Shown here in pieces: positions 1 through 11,023 of a stretch of DNA of 64,000 nt. Source of the stretch: Perkinsela sp. CCAP 1560/9 (lineage: Eukaryota; Protista; Euglenozoa: Kinetoplastea); the NCBI GenBank assembly GCA_965644495.1, contig CBFFSA010000005.1, forward strand, positions 806,001 to 870,000, read 5' to 3'. Below the pieces are notes generated by a model. It ran no database searches and had not been told where the DNA came from. It worked only from the letters and a program-made list of their open reading frames with translations. The stretch's first letter is position 1, and every line of letters starts with the position of its first letter. The position numbers and the translations under genes were made by a program.

Positions 1-378
1 TAAAATGACCCATTTTTGACCAAAAAAGGTGAAAAAATATTTTTCGGACCCCAAGGGGCCTTTTTGTGTCGAAAGAATGGTATGGCTAGAGTCGCATTCT
101 CTACCCAATGCGTTCGGTAGGCTTTCATTCATGCCTACAAGTGATTTCCCACACGCAAATGTCGGATTTAGTGCTCTGAGAATACAAATACCCGAAAATG
201 ACCCTATTTTTACCCGAAATTCGGCTATTTTTGGCTATAATCTTTCTGTTTTCCAGGCCAAATTTTCTTTTTTAGGCTCTTCGTTAAACGCGGCGGTAGT
301 TTTCAACGCGAAGCGCGCAGCATGAGTGACTTCTAAGTTGAAAATAACCACCGCGTTTAACGAAGAGCCTAAAAAAGA
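1..378 (-). mobile_element. Family A hairpin-ended non-autonomous repeat (HINE/Helentron-like), partial copy at window edge
   Basis: Reverse complement matches 19979-20360. Contains the ~100-bp palindrome AGGCTCTTCGTTAAACGCGG...CCGCGTTTAACGAAGAGCCT. Confidence 0.8.
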
Positions 379-500
379 TTCAGAAACAATTTCCCAAGTG
401 GTTTCTTGACATTTCATCTCTTCCGAATGGCGCTTCAAGCATTCGGATGCGACAGTTTCCATGATGTGATTTTGAAGTGAAAAGACTTATTTGGATATTA

Positions 501-798
501 CCGTAGACCCCCCCAGTAATAGAATCGATTTTGGGTCAAAATGGCCAAATCCTTATTACTGGGGGGGTATGCTTTTTGGGTGAGAAAAGACATTTTTTGT
601 ACATGAGTGCGTTGATTTTCAGTCCATCCAACCCCGCAACCACGCCATTCGCTCCCTCGCAACCGCCCTCACCCCGCCCAGCCACCATCACCCGCTCAAA
701 CACCCCCCCCCCCTCCAACGACCCTCCCGAGCCAAATCTCTGTTACTGGGGGTCAGCCGAAAAAGGGTCAAATCCTTGCCACTGGGGGGGATCTACGG
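501..798. mobile_element. TA-flanked MITE, CCGTA-type TIR (Tc1/mariner-pogo-like)
   Basis: TA|CCGTAGACCCCCCCAGT ... ACTGGGGGGGATCTACGG|TA; related copies at 29449-29770 and 37410-37700. Confidence 0.8.
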
Positions 799-901
799 TA
801 AAGTGCTATTTGGATATTAAAGTGCTATTTGGATATTAAGGCGCATTTGGATATTAAACCGCACCCCGGGTTAGAATACACGTGGAAAATCACATTTCTA
901 G

Positions 902-1095
902 AACCCAGGCTAAAGTGGACGAGGGAGATACTAAAAGCACCTTTGGCAAAATACCACAAACGTAGAACATTATCTCCTGTTAAAGATTCCTTTTTCGCAT
1001 CAGAACGCTTTACAAACCGGGAGATACCGTTCCAGTTTTGTGGTAGTTTGCCAAAGGTGCTTTTTGTATCTCCCTAGTCCATTTTAGCCTGGGTT
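902..1095. mobile_element. Palindromic MITE (AACC-type termini)
   Basis: AACCCAGGCTAAAGTGGAC...GTCCATTTTAGCCTGGGTT with ~50-bp inverted arms; second copy at ~32873-33065. Confidence 0.65.
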
Positions 1096-1255
1096 ACATA
1101 GCCATCGGAACATTCTCCCTAGGACTCCTTACAGATTCCCACGCGAGGAAGTCGGCCTTGCGTGTCACACACTTCCTGTTGAAGTGTGGCCACCGCAGGT
1201 GTACTAACAGCACATGGGGAAGAAGCATCGAATGAAGCGACAGTGTATACAGGTA

Positions 1256-2922
1256 CAGTAACTAACAAAAGTGTTCAAATGTTTTCACAAATTTTAATGT
1301 TTTTATATTTTACAAAAGAGATGCAGAGGATAATGCAGTAGTATATTACAGTAGTGTAGGCTGGAGTAGTGCTTACATTCCCACGTACTTAGACTTCATC
1401 AACGATCTTACAATAAAAAACTATGAAAGATATAATGCGATCCCAACACTTGAACACTTTTTTCACTTTTTTGAGATTATTTTTTTTTGACCAAAACTTT
1501 GCCTTACTTCACCCTTACCAAACCAAAATGACCAAAACTTAATACTTCGTAAGTCCCCCCTTCGCCCTAATTACTGCCCTTAAACGACGGGGCATGCTGC
1601 GGACAAGAGGAAGACATGCACTCGGAGGAAGGCCTGCCCACGCTTTTTGGGCGCGTTCCCAAAGTTCCAACATTCCTACGGGAGGATCTGAATGATCCGC
1701 AGTCGGCTTTTTGAGCTCGCCCCATAGGTGCTCTATGGGATTTAAATCGGGAGACTGCGGGGGCCAGTCTAGGACACACAATTCTTGTAAACGAAGGAAT
1801 TCCCGGGCCTTCTTACTCGTGTGCTTTGGATCATATCTTGTTGGAAGATGATCCGATCCTTCATGACTTCCAACTTGTGGAGGGAAGGAGACAAATTCGG
1901 GCCCCAAACCATTCGGGTTTCCCTTCGGAAGCGTGGTTTGAAGGGAAGAAGAAATTACGGAAACCCCACCTTACGAAGCGTCACAAAGCTCTACGTCTTG
2001 CCTTTGCAAAGAAGTATGAGCATTGGACGAACGCCGACTGGAGCCGTGTGCTTTTCACTGATGAAAGTAAGATCTGCCGTTTCGAGTCGAATGGCAGCCG
2101 GTGGGCGTGCGTGGGTGAGCTTTGGGGAAGCACTTTCAGAGCGAAATACACACAGCACCGTGAAGTACGGTGGGGGATCCATCATGGTATGGGGGTGTAT
2201 GATGGCTCACGGCGTGGGCTCCATTGCTCTGGTTCATGGCAACATGAATGCTGAACAGTACGTTCAAATACTTCAACAGAATTTGTCTCCTTCCCTCCAC
2301 AAGTTGGAAGTCATGAAGGACCGGATCATCTTCCAACAAGATAATGATCCAAAGCACACGAGTAAGAAGGCCCGGGAATTCCTTCGTTTACAAGAATTGT
2401 GTGTCCTAGACTGGCCCCCGCAGTCTCCCGATTTAAATCCCATAGAGCACCTATGGGGCGAGCTCAAAAAGTCGACTGCGGATCATCCAGATCCTCCCGT
2501 AGGAATGTTGGAACTTTGGGAACGCGCCCAAAAAGCGTGGGCAGGCCTTCCTCCGAGTGCATGTCTTCCTCTTGTCCGCAGCATGCCCCGTCGTTTAAGG
2601 GCAGTAATTAGGGCGAAGGGGGGACTTACAAAGTATTAAGTTTTGGTCATTTTGGTTTGGTAAGGGTGAAGTAAGGCAAAGTTTTGGTCAAAAAAAAATA
2701 ATCTCAAAAAAGTGAAAAAAGTGTTCAAGTGTTGGGATCGCATTATATCTTTCATAGTTTTTTATTGTAAGATCGTTGATGAAGTCTAAGTACGTGGGAA
2801 TGTAAGCACTACTCCAGCCTACACTACTGTAATATACTACTGCATTATCCTCTGCATCTCTTTTGTAAAATATAAAAACATTAAAATTTGTGAAAACATT
2901 TGAACACTTTTGTTAGTTACTG
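1256..2922. mobile_element. Fold-back Tc1 derivative with two right ends (defective transposase)
   Basis: TA|CAGTAACTAACAAAAGTG ... CACTTTTGTTAGTTACTG|TA. 1256-1898 is the reverse complement of ~2278-2922. Both arms encode the transposase C-terminus (WPPQSPDLNPIE...GGLTKY). Confidence 0.9.
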
Positions 2923-3589
2923 TATATCAGGCTCCAAACTCTCGAAAAACGGTCTAGATTAGAAGATTGCTATGATCACCCTGGTGGGGAGGGGGTGGGG
3001 GCAGGGGGTATCCATCCGAATTGTTGAAAAACTAATGAATTTGTCACTCAATTCGATTCACACATCTTTGTAAACATTTTTTACGAAAACTCACCTGAAA
3101 CGATATCGGGCACGAAGTCGGTCCACAAATCGGGCCACAAATCTTCCGAATGGCGCTTCAAGCATTCGGATGCGACAGTTTCCATGATGTGATTTTGAAG
3201 TGAAAAAACCTATTTGGATGTTAAAGCGCATTTGGATATTAAACCGCACCCCGGGTTAGAATACACGTGGAAAATCACGTTTCTAGAACATGATAACATT
3301 TCTAGAATATAAAGAGGAAAATAGTAATATAATACAAGAAAAAAATATATAAAAGGGGGCTCCGGTGGTCCAAAACTGAAAAAAAATTGAAAAAAATGGG
3401 GGGTCCATGGGGGGGCATACGTCAAGATTTTTTTTTTCGAATTTTTTGCTTTTCAAAATCGAGCGCAGGGAAGTGTTAGAGTATGCCGCGGCGATGATTT
3501 TCTACCCCCCACCTGGGGTTACACCCCCCTCGTCTTCTTCCTCTCCTAAACGATTTAAAGCAATTTCTATTAGTGTTTTTATGAAAATA

Positions 3590-4135
3590 ATTGATTCTGC
3601 GGCTTCTGTATGTACAATATTTATTTCCCCCATATTTACTAATTCTCTCCATCGGTCTTCTATCGCAGTTTGCGTTCAGAATTTTCTCCCGGTGGGTTTT
3701 CCACGCGATCCTACTCCAGCGGTTCCTTCTGCGACTCTCCCCACTTCCGAGTTTTTTGCGCTCTCTTGGTTTCGTGAGTTTTTCTTTTCACTGGACACTG
3801 CCTTTTGGTAAACCGGTAGAATTTTTCCCCGCAGTCCGCCAGTCAACTTCGTTTCCTCAAGCAGTTGCGCGAAAAGGCGACAATCCCCGCCTTTCCATTT
3901 CACTCGGTACATAGCCAGACACGCTAGGATGTGGTCTCCCACTGGCAGGTATTCATCCGTTTTTCACATCGCACCAATACAAGCAGACATCCGGGCCCAG
4001 GCCAACAACGACAATATCAGATCATTCTTAAGGTGCTCGTCCTGGTGGTAGCGTTTTGCCGTTCGTTCCGCGGTGCCAATATCAAAGTAGCGTCGTAAGT
4101 GACAGTCGAGGTCTATGAGGTTCCGCTCCCGTGTT
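3590..4135 (-). pseudogene. Degenerate ORF fragment of a repeated element (possibly CRE-associated)
   Basis: 3940-4135 is homologous (inverted) to 50065-50270, which lies just upstream of a CRE-like RT fragment; in-frame stop present. Confidence 0.4.
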
Positions 4136-4370
4136 TCAGCCGGTCCACGAATATACTGTATGTAGTATAGGGTCGATCATGTGTTTTTGGAACGGTTCTC
4201 CAGTCTTCTGAATATTCCTGTGATACATGTTACATACACGTTACTGCGATACAGGAAGATCTCACGTGATCTCGCATGATCTTGTCTTTGGCCTCATCCG
4301 CATCCCCTCAGATCTTGTTTTAGTTTTGATTCACTCAATCGTAATTTCGTATTGCAAGGAATACGTGTGG

Positions 4371-5186
4371 CTATTTTAAAACTATGCCTGTGCCCTCAAA
4401 AACAAAAAGTTTCATACTCTCGTAAATGGATTGATCAACTTCGCCATAAAGTCCAAAGTTCCCATCCACGCGAAGCGTTTTCAACGTTACAGGTAATTTG
4501 TCAAACTGCACGAGACCACTGAAGCAGTTGCGTTGACAATACATGTGTTCAAGAGCTGGAGGTAAATGCTGCAGTCTTAGCAACCTCGTGAATTTGTTTC
4601 CTGACACACTAAGGAACCTGAGTTTGGACGGCAGGTTCGTCGTATCAATATCCCCGGAAAGAAGATTGCCCTCAACATTTAAAATTTCTAAGCTCTCTGG
4701 AAGATGGGTTAAATCCAGGCGTCCCTCAAAATTGTTCGCGTTCAATTCCAATAGACGTAATCCGTGGGGCAAATGTCCTAAGTCTAATCCACCAGAATGC
4801 TCGTTCCAAGCAAGATCCAATTCCATAAGCAGTGGCGGCAGTACGTCGATTGGCAATGTTCCTGTAAGCTTCCACATGCTAAACCTTTGGAGAGTTTCCG
4901 GAAGCCATTGCCATTGTAGTGATCCGTGGTATTTCGTGTACTGTGTATCGATTTTTGTGATGTGCTTTCCATCATCACAAGTCACACTTCGCCATTCGCA
5001 CGCAGGAGTCAATGTGTTCCAGGAGGTGTGGGGATTTTTGATATCTGCCATAAGCTTTGCAAGATGATATTCCTGTGGGAGGTTTGCCCCTCGTACTTTA
5101 CCAGCAGACCTGTGCTGAACATCTGCGCTTCGAACTACGGAACGAAGCACGCCGGTACATTCTGAATCTGTGAATGTTCCGTACAT
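4371..5186 (-). CDS. Leucine-rich repeat protein (LRRNT-capped family)
   Basis: CEWRSVTC cap; repeated LPxxLxxLxLxxNxFxGxLDL units; close paralog at 25026-25841. Confidence 0.9.
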   Translation of the reverse strand: MYGTFTDSECTGVLRSVVRSADVQHRSAGKVRGANLPQEYHLAKLMADIKNPHTSWNTLTPACEWRSVTCDDGKHITKIDTQYTKYHGSLQWQWLPETLQRFSMWKLTGTLPIDVLPPLLMELDLAWNEHSGGLDLGHLPHGLRLLELNANNFEGRLDLTHLPESLEILNVEGNLLSGDIDTTNLPSKLRFLSVSGNKFTRLLRLQHLPPALEHMYCQRNCFSGLVQFDKLPVTLKTLRVDGNFGLYGEVDQSIYESMKLFVFEGTGIVLK

Positions 5187-5436
5187 TATGAAATGAAAGC
5201 TTCCTCAGAGAAATGAAAACTCTTAGAAGGTATAAAAGTGAAAAATAAAATGAGGAGGAGCGCACACACTTAATAAGTGCGTGCACTTTAAGTCTTAAAG
5301 TATAAGTTTGCATAATACAAGAACATGTTGTCCCCAATATCAAAATAAGCTGAAGAGTAGTGCACTGTAGGATCACCTGATCTGTTTTGTGTGAGTAATC
5401 GTAGCTTCGCTTTGATCAAAGCTTCGTAGGGGTTGT

Positions 5437-7716
5437 CTACGGGCGACCCGTTTCATGGTCGAACCGTTCAAGAATTCGTTTTACTAAGAGAAACGCTTCG
5501 TTGTCTTGAACATGAGTTGCACTGAAGGAGCCATTCTGATCGATACTGAGCTCGGACAATACATTCCCGTCGCCAAGCGCACTCTGCGCTAAGCCTTCAG
5601 TTGCACCTTTGTCCGGGGTGCGGATACTGAAATCCAAGGCCTCGTGTGCAGGTGTAGACGAAAGCGCAGACCCGCAACGAAAATGTTGTGCCGCACGGAG
5701 AAGAAAGGGCCTACATACCTGTATGACCTTTGACCGCCTTTCTTTGTCAACCTCGTGGAGCAGGTTCATGCCAGTGCTAAGGACGAGCTCCAGCGTCTCA
5801 CAGATTTCTGTTGCCGAAGGAGCGCCCTGATGCCCTCCCAGTTCTCTATAGAACCCCTTTACACCCTCCCCTGCCTCATACTGCCCCAGCATGGTGTGCG
5901 CCTCCGCCAAGCGCTTTTCATCCTCCCCCGACCGCTCCTCCCCCGACCTCCCCCCCACAGCCTCCACAAACCCCGTCAACAGCTCCGCCGCCCGTACCGC
6001 ATACCGCGGCGTCTCCCTCCCCTCCTCCCACGCGAGACACCCCGCCGCAAACCCCCACCCCTCCCTCTCCTCCCTCGACCCCCCGCCCTCCCCCTCCCCC
6101 ACCCCCCGCGCGTACGCCTCGATCGCCTGCCGTCTCTTCCCCATCCCCCGCTGCACCCTTGCCAGGGCCCCCCACGCCCTGCCGCGGGCCCCACTACTAC
6201 CGCCGCCGCCCACGCGCAGGGCGCAGCGGTAGTAGTGCTCCGCGTGGGGGGGGCTGCCGAGGCGCTCGTAGGCGTGGGCGAGCCCGTGGTAGGCGGGGGG
6301 GGACGCGGGGTCGCGCTCGAGGGCCTCGGCGTGGGCGCGGAGCGCGGGGAGGGGGCGGCGGGCCTCGAGCAGGGCGTCCCCGAGGAGCACCCAGGGGGTC
6401 GGGGGGTCGGGGTCCGCGAGCACGGCCCGGAGGAAGTGGGGGGCGGCGCAGCGGCGGGAGAGCGCGGAGAGGTTGCCGCGGGCGACGTGGGTGTGGGGGT
6501 GGGAGGGGGCGGCGCGGGTGGCGGAGTGGGTGAGGGCGGAGAGGGCGCGGTGGTCGCGGAGGAGGAGGAGGAGGTGGGAGTGGGCGGCGACGTGGTCGAG
6601 GCGGCCAGGGTCCAGGGAGGCGATGGTGGTGTAGAGCGCGGAGGCGGCGGGGAGGCGGTGGAGACGGAGGGTGGCGTCGGCTTTCTGGGTGAGGAGGTAG
6701 CAGGAGGAGGGGAAGGTTTTTTCAAGGCACTCGTAGTCGAGAAGGGCGGCGTGGGGGTTGTGTTCACGGGAGAGTTTGTAGTTGGCTCGGGCAAGGAAGA
6801 GGAGAGGGTCAAGGGTGGGGGAGGGGGGGTGGTGGGGTGAGGGGCACAGGTCACGGATGGTGTTGGCGTGGCGAACTAACAGGTTCCACGCGCTCCATAA
6901 CGCTGGGCAGTAGCCTACGGTGCTCTGGAGAAGTGAAAGAATCTCTGAATTCGGCGTCTTTAACTCCACACTCAGCAAAGCTTGCAGGTAGGTGGAAAAT
7001 CCAGCAAGGGCAGTGTCGTCCTGTTTTGGGAATCTGGATTTCTCCAACTCCTCAGTTCGTTTTTCATTTTCTTTATTCCCACCCGGCACGTCTCCGGAGT
7101 TTAAGAATTGATTAAGAGAACGATACACGTCGTAAAACTCGGAGTAAAACAGTTCCTCATGAGTACTGCTCGACGCGTCTGAGGGCGCCGAAGACAGTGG
7201 CAACTTTCCTGTAGAGCGATTACGAATAGGCGAAGGTGAATGTGGGGATAAGTTAAGTGGTGAGGCGCTTTGGCTTTTCGTCGTGGTGGCGAAATGTGCT
7301 GATTCTGTGATTCCTTTCTCCACGCTCTCTTGTACTTGAGTCCGTACTGATGCGAGTTTTCTTCCTCGGACGGATAAATACCAGGAGTAGTGCCCAAGTA
7401 GAGCAATCTCGGGTGAAATTATCCTTATCTCATCGTTCAGAAGTAGAAGTCTACAGCGTTCGTATTCACCTAAATCGTACGCCGCACGCGCCAGTCTTTC
7501 CCGTGGACTTGTCCGGTGTTGAGCTGCAGAGGTGTAATCTGATGACACATCTGCAAACCCTTTTTTGGTTTGTTGGTGATTCGTGAATCCCTCGTTGTTT
7601 TGAACGGCCGACATACCGTTTATGAGGTCACTCAACCAGAGAGAGTCGTCCAGAAGCCCAAGATTACGCATCGTCTCTTGTTCAGTGGTTAACTTGTCAT
7701 AAAGCATGTGTGTCAT
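5437..7716 (-). CDS. CDC23: Anaphase-promoting complex subunit 8 (Cdc23)-like TPR protein
   Basis: LARAAYDLGEYERC, WSAWNLL, FPSSCYLLTQKA, LDPGRLD, PWVLLG and AYHGLAHAYERL occur in the Cdc23/APC8 order; 759-aa intronless ORF. Confidence 0.75.
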   Translation of the reverse strand: MTHMLYDKLTTEQETMRNLGLLDDSLWLSDLINGMSAVQNNEGFTNHQQTKKGFADVSSDYTSAAQHRTSPRERLARAAYDLGEYERCRLLLLNDEIRIISPEIALLGHYSWYLSVRGRKLASVRTQVQESVEKGITESAHFATTTKSQSASPLNLSPHSPSPIRNRSTGKLPLSSAPSDASSSTHEELFYSEFYDVYRSLNQFLNSGDVPGGNKENEKRTEELEKSRFPKQDDTALAGFSTYLQALLSVELKTPNSEILSLLQSTVGYCPALWSAWNLLVRHANTIRDLCPSPHHPPSPTLDPLLFLARANYKLSREHNPHAALLDYECLEKTFPSSCYLLTQKADATLRLHRLPAASALYTTIASLDPGRLDHVAAHSHLLLLLRDHRALSALTHSATRAAPSHPHTHVARGNLSALSRRCAAPHFLRAVLADPDPPTPWVLLGDALLEARRPLPALRAHAEALERDPASPPAYHGLAHAYERLGSPPHAEHYYRCALRVGGGGSSGARGRAWGALARVQRGMGKRRQAIEAYARGVGEGEGGGSREEREGWGFAAGCLAWEEGRETPRYAVRAAELLTGFVEAVGGRSGEERSGEDEKRLAEAHTMLGQYEAGEGVKGFYRELGGHQGAPSATEICETLELVLSTGMNLLHEVDKERRSKVIQVCRPFLLRAAQHFRCGSALSSTPAHEALDFSIRTPDKGATEGLAQSALGDGNVLSELSIDQNGSFSATHVQDNEAFLLVKRILERFDHETGRP

Positions 7717-8246
7717 TTTTATAAGAGTATATTTCTTGAGGTACGCTCAGCTCCATATTCCGACGATGAATATTTTTTTCCCACCATAAAATACATACTG
7801 GCATATATTTTCAAAATAAAGATGCTTGAAGATTGTGAATGGTGCATCCTTCACCGTATCACAAAAGGCAAATATCATTACGAAAGAGGGAATAGGTGCA
7901 AACAAAGAGTGCCATCCTGCAGTGAAGAGAGGAAAACAAGTAGGACCTTCAAAGCATCCTCATAAGTCCGATAAAGTCGTTTCGCTGCAGACGTTGTTTT
8001 TTAAGAATGCAAGCCCGGAAGGAACATTTCCGGGCACTCTTGCTGGCTCTGGACCCAATGCAGTCCCCGGGTGGCCCGTAGTGGACTAAGTGGCACAAGA
8101 CGACCCACAGTGGCCCATAGTGGCCCCAAAAATCGAGCGTCGCCGGAGAATCGTGACGACATAGAGGCAAGTGATTCTCTGATAAGTAGCGTACCTAGCT
8201 AAGTATAGTGAGGAGGGGCAACTGTATATGAGCGTAGAGTGTATGA

Positions 8247-9419
8247 TCATAGGGGGTTATTGGTTGAGTGCTGGTGGGGGGATTGTTGTTCACGAAAAAA
8301 AACATACGCATCAAGATTTTTAGGATACGTGTATTTGTCCATCGGACCTGTGATAGTAGAACTGTCAGATACTCCATATCTGGAAGATTGTCCTTTGTGC
8401 TCTATTATCTTCTTTTTAACTGCTTCCACTTTCTCAGGGGTAAGAGGTGGATATCTTCCTTGAGGTCCATGTTTATGAAACACTTCCATGTTATGAACCA
8501 TGAGAGCGCACGAAAAAGCATAGTAAAGAAAATCTGGACTACGAGTCCACTGCTTAAAAGCCAGCCATTTGCCACAGCACGAACGAGAAAAAATGTGTTC
8601 GACCCGCGATCTAAAGTGAGCCAACTTTTCATTGAAGCACATTTTACCATCTGCTTCTGAATCATGATGTTTCTGCATAGACTTAGATTTTGGGCGCTTC
8701 GAACACCAAATTTTGGCTTTAGAATGGGGTACTATTAATCTATCAGTAAGACCTTCGTAAAATCCCCCGTCAGCAAGAGCGCGAACACGATTGTGTGCCA
8801 GAAAATCCAGAATACCACTACAGTCCTGAATAACGGCGTCGGATGAGGCTCCACAGTACAATGTGTCTGCTGTGAAGCAAACATACTCAGACATTGTAGA
8901 TGCTACGAGCGCTTTCACGACGTGTGTAGCATATTTGGGTTGATAGCAGTGAGGCAAGCTATCAACGTACAGTGGCACTGTGTCCATCACCACCTTTATG
9001 TCCTTATCCCAAAAAGGAAGAACTGCGTTTGATTCATGGTGCAAAATATCAGAATCCAAACAAAGCCATGTATCCTTCATATCGGAATGCAGTTTTTTAA
9101 AAAACGCGGGTATCTTGTCAGAACAAGAACGTTCAGACCAACCGGTTCCGAATTTCAAGGATATGAGTTCTGATACAATGTCGTAGCTACCCCCACACCG
9201 CAAAAAAAGAAAGCTCGCAAAAATTTCTTCAAAGGGATAAAATTGTTTTAGAAAGGTGAGAGCGCGATGCGTTAAACCGCATAAAGACAACTCTGAATAT
9301 TTATTTTCGTAGGGAGCATCAGGTTCAGGTGCATCGCCGGATGTATCAGGTGGTGCGTCACGGGTTTCAGATATATTAACGGGTGTGTCATATTCCGGGG
9401 TGTCAATACGGCCAAGCAT
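8247..9419 (-). CDS. PIF/Harbinger-ISL2EU-type (DDE_Tnp_4) transposase
   Basis: VVMDTVPL (D), YCGASSD, ALADGGFY (D), FNEKLAHFRSRVEHIF (RxxVExxF, E); first ATG at 9419. Confidence 0.8.
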   Translation of the reverse strand: MLGRIDTPEYDTPVNISETRDAPPDTSGDAPEPDAPYENKYSELSLCGLTHRALTFLKQFYPFEEIFASFLFLRCGGSYDIVSELISLKFGTGWSERSCSDKIPAFFKKLHSDMKDTWLCLDSDILHHESNAVLPFWDKDIKVVMDTVPLYVDSLPHCYQPKYATHVVKALVASTMSEYVCFTADTLYCGASSDAVIQDCSGILDFLAHNRVRALADGGFYEGLTDRLIVPHSKAKIWCSKRPKSKSMQKHHDSEADGKMCFNEKLAHFRSRVEHIFSRSCCGKWLAFKQWTRSPDFLYYAFSCALMVHNMEVFHKHGPQGRYPPLTPEKVEAVKKKIIEHKGQSSRYGVSDSSTITGPMDKYTYPKNLDAYVFFREQQSPHQHSTNNPL

Positions 9420-9602
9420 CAGTATCAAGTAGAGGAAAGATTATTATGATTTTATTAGAGGAAAGAAAGATTCTATATTAAATAAAATTCTTTGATTTAC
9501 GATTTTTTTTTTCGAATTCCTTACTTCCAAATTCCTTACTTGCAACTTTTTCACTTACAACATAACCGCTTAAAACTTACTTGCGATTTACAGTCCTACA
9601 AC

Positions 9603-10499
9603 TTACTTACGACTTTTAAAATGCAAAGTGTTCGAACTTGAAGTTGAAGCAATGCGGGAAACGCGTTGCCGCTTCGGATTGCTGACCAGGTTTTCATCGT
9701 TCCGAACTTCAACTATCTCAACTTCCTGATCTGCGGCAGTCAAAGTTTGACGAGGAGGTCGGGCAACGTGAATAAGATGAGCATTCGAAGTCTTTCCCTT
9801 CTTGAGAATCCGCAGTTGAACAAGGTCGTCCCGGATAGAAAGAAGTTCAGTAGGAACATTCTCCTCCATTGAATTGCCAAGTTTGTCCATAATCTCACCC
9901 TGAACTTGGTGAACAAACTTTCGATCAATTTCAAATGTTGAGTCACCTAGAACCGACAAAAAACTTGCTACCAACGCAGTCTTTGTGTCTCTCAGAACCT
10001 TCTTTTCATTGGCGCGCTTGCCCTCATACAAGTTCCAGAGGTTTCGCAAAAACTCCTGCAGAGAGCCCCGCTCCTCTGGATGCAACGCATGGTTAAAATA
10101 CGAGCAAACTGCTTCGGCCGAACGCGGGATATATCTTTTTATAGAAACATCTTTTGCCCTTTTAATAAGAATAAGGATGTGGGCCACATGTCCGAACGCA
10201 AGCTTCGTACCGCAGAGCATGCGACCCACGTACTCAGCACATGCGTTAAGAACATTTTCTTCCTTCAGACCACGAGCATAAATGTGGTCTAAGGTGTTGG
10301 CGGGAAGTCGTTCTCCATCTTGAGGGGAATTGCACAACGGACAGTAGTTTGAACCTATGAGAACTGAAACCCTGTGACACTGAATACAGGGGTCCTTTAC
10401 ATCGCATTCGATGGGACAGGCACACATTACACACCTTCGGGGTTCTCCAAGACTTACGTTACGGTCTGCTTTGCAGCGTGGACAAAACATTTTTTCCAT
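9603..10499 (-). CDS. Hypothetical protein with N-terminal double zinc ribbon; probable transposon accessory ORF
   Basis: Four CxxC pairs (CPRC, CVMC, CIQC, CPLC) in the first 60 aa; basic PKRQR near the C-terminus; co-oriented with the adjacent transposase. Confidence 0.6.
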   Translation of the reverse strand: MEKMFCPRCKADRNVSLGEPRRCVMCACPIECDVKDPCIQCHRVSVLIGSNYCPLCNSPQDGERLPANTLDHIYARGLKEENVLNACAEYVGRMLCGTKLAFGHVAHILILIKRAKDVSIKRYIPRSAEAVCSYFNHALHPEERGSLQEFLRNLWNLYEGKRANEKKVLRDTKTALVASFLSVLGDSTFEIDRKFVHQVQGEIMDKLGNSMEENVPTELLSIRDDLVQLRILKKGKTSNAHLIHVARPPRQTLTAADQEVEIVEVRNDENLVSNPKRQRVSRIASTSSSNTLHFKSRK

Positions 10500-11023
10500 T
10501 TTAGTAGCTTCATTACTGTGAAACAGACGTTTAATTCTAGATGTACATAGTTACTTCATTTCGTTCTATTTTACAACTGCTGTACGTGGTCGACCAAAAA
10601 TACATGAGAACGAAATCCTTACGAACTCAATATACACAACATAAAAGCAATCAAAAGGCACAACTTAAACTTTGAAGTGTCCAATCGTGGCACCGATTGT
10701 CCCATAGTGGCCCCAGAAATGTACCGAAGTTGCTGGGGGTCCTCTGTAGGAGTAAGTCTGTAAGTGTAAGTCTGTAAGAGATGAAGTCGAAGCAGGGAAG
10801 TGGAAAGAGACGAGAATGGCTGTGAAGAAGAGAGTAAAATGTTTTTGGAATGCGATTCAAGATTTGTTGATATAATTTCAAGGCTAGACGGAAAAAGTGA
10901 AAAAAAAGAGTAAAAAAATCATTTGTGTACATGTAAGTAGTCTCTAGCCAAAAGCAATTTTATAACCACTTTTATGAAGATTTTTTTTGAATTGATTATT
11001 TCCCTCTGGCATATTAGTCTTGG

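Noticed and set aside
29-325. Recurrent 98-aa MKKYFSD... ORF in family A
   Set aside because: GTG start, disrupted in other copies, no domain; it recurs only because the repeat does.
5755-6854. Long alternative-frame and antisense ORFs over CDC23 (likewise over STI1 and RPL9)
   Set aside because: Explained by high GC content and few stop codons; low-complexity translations.
7798-11014. CTGGCATAT at 7798 and 11006 as the TSD of the PHIS element
   Set aside because: No adjoining TIRs, and a 9-bp TSD does not fit the superfamily.
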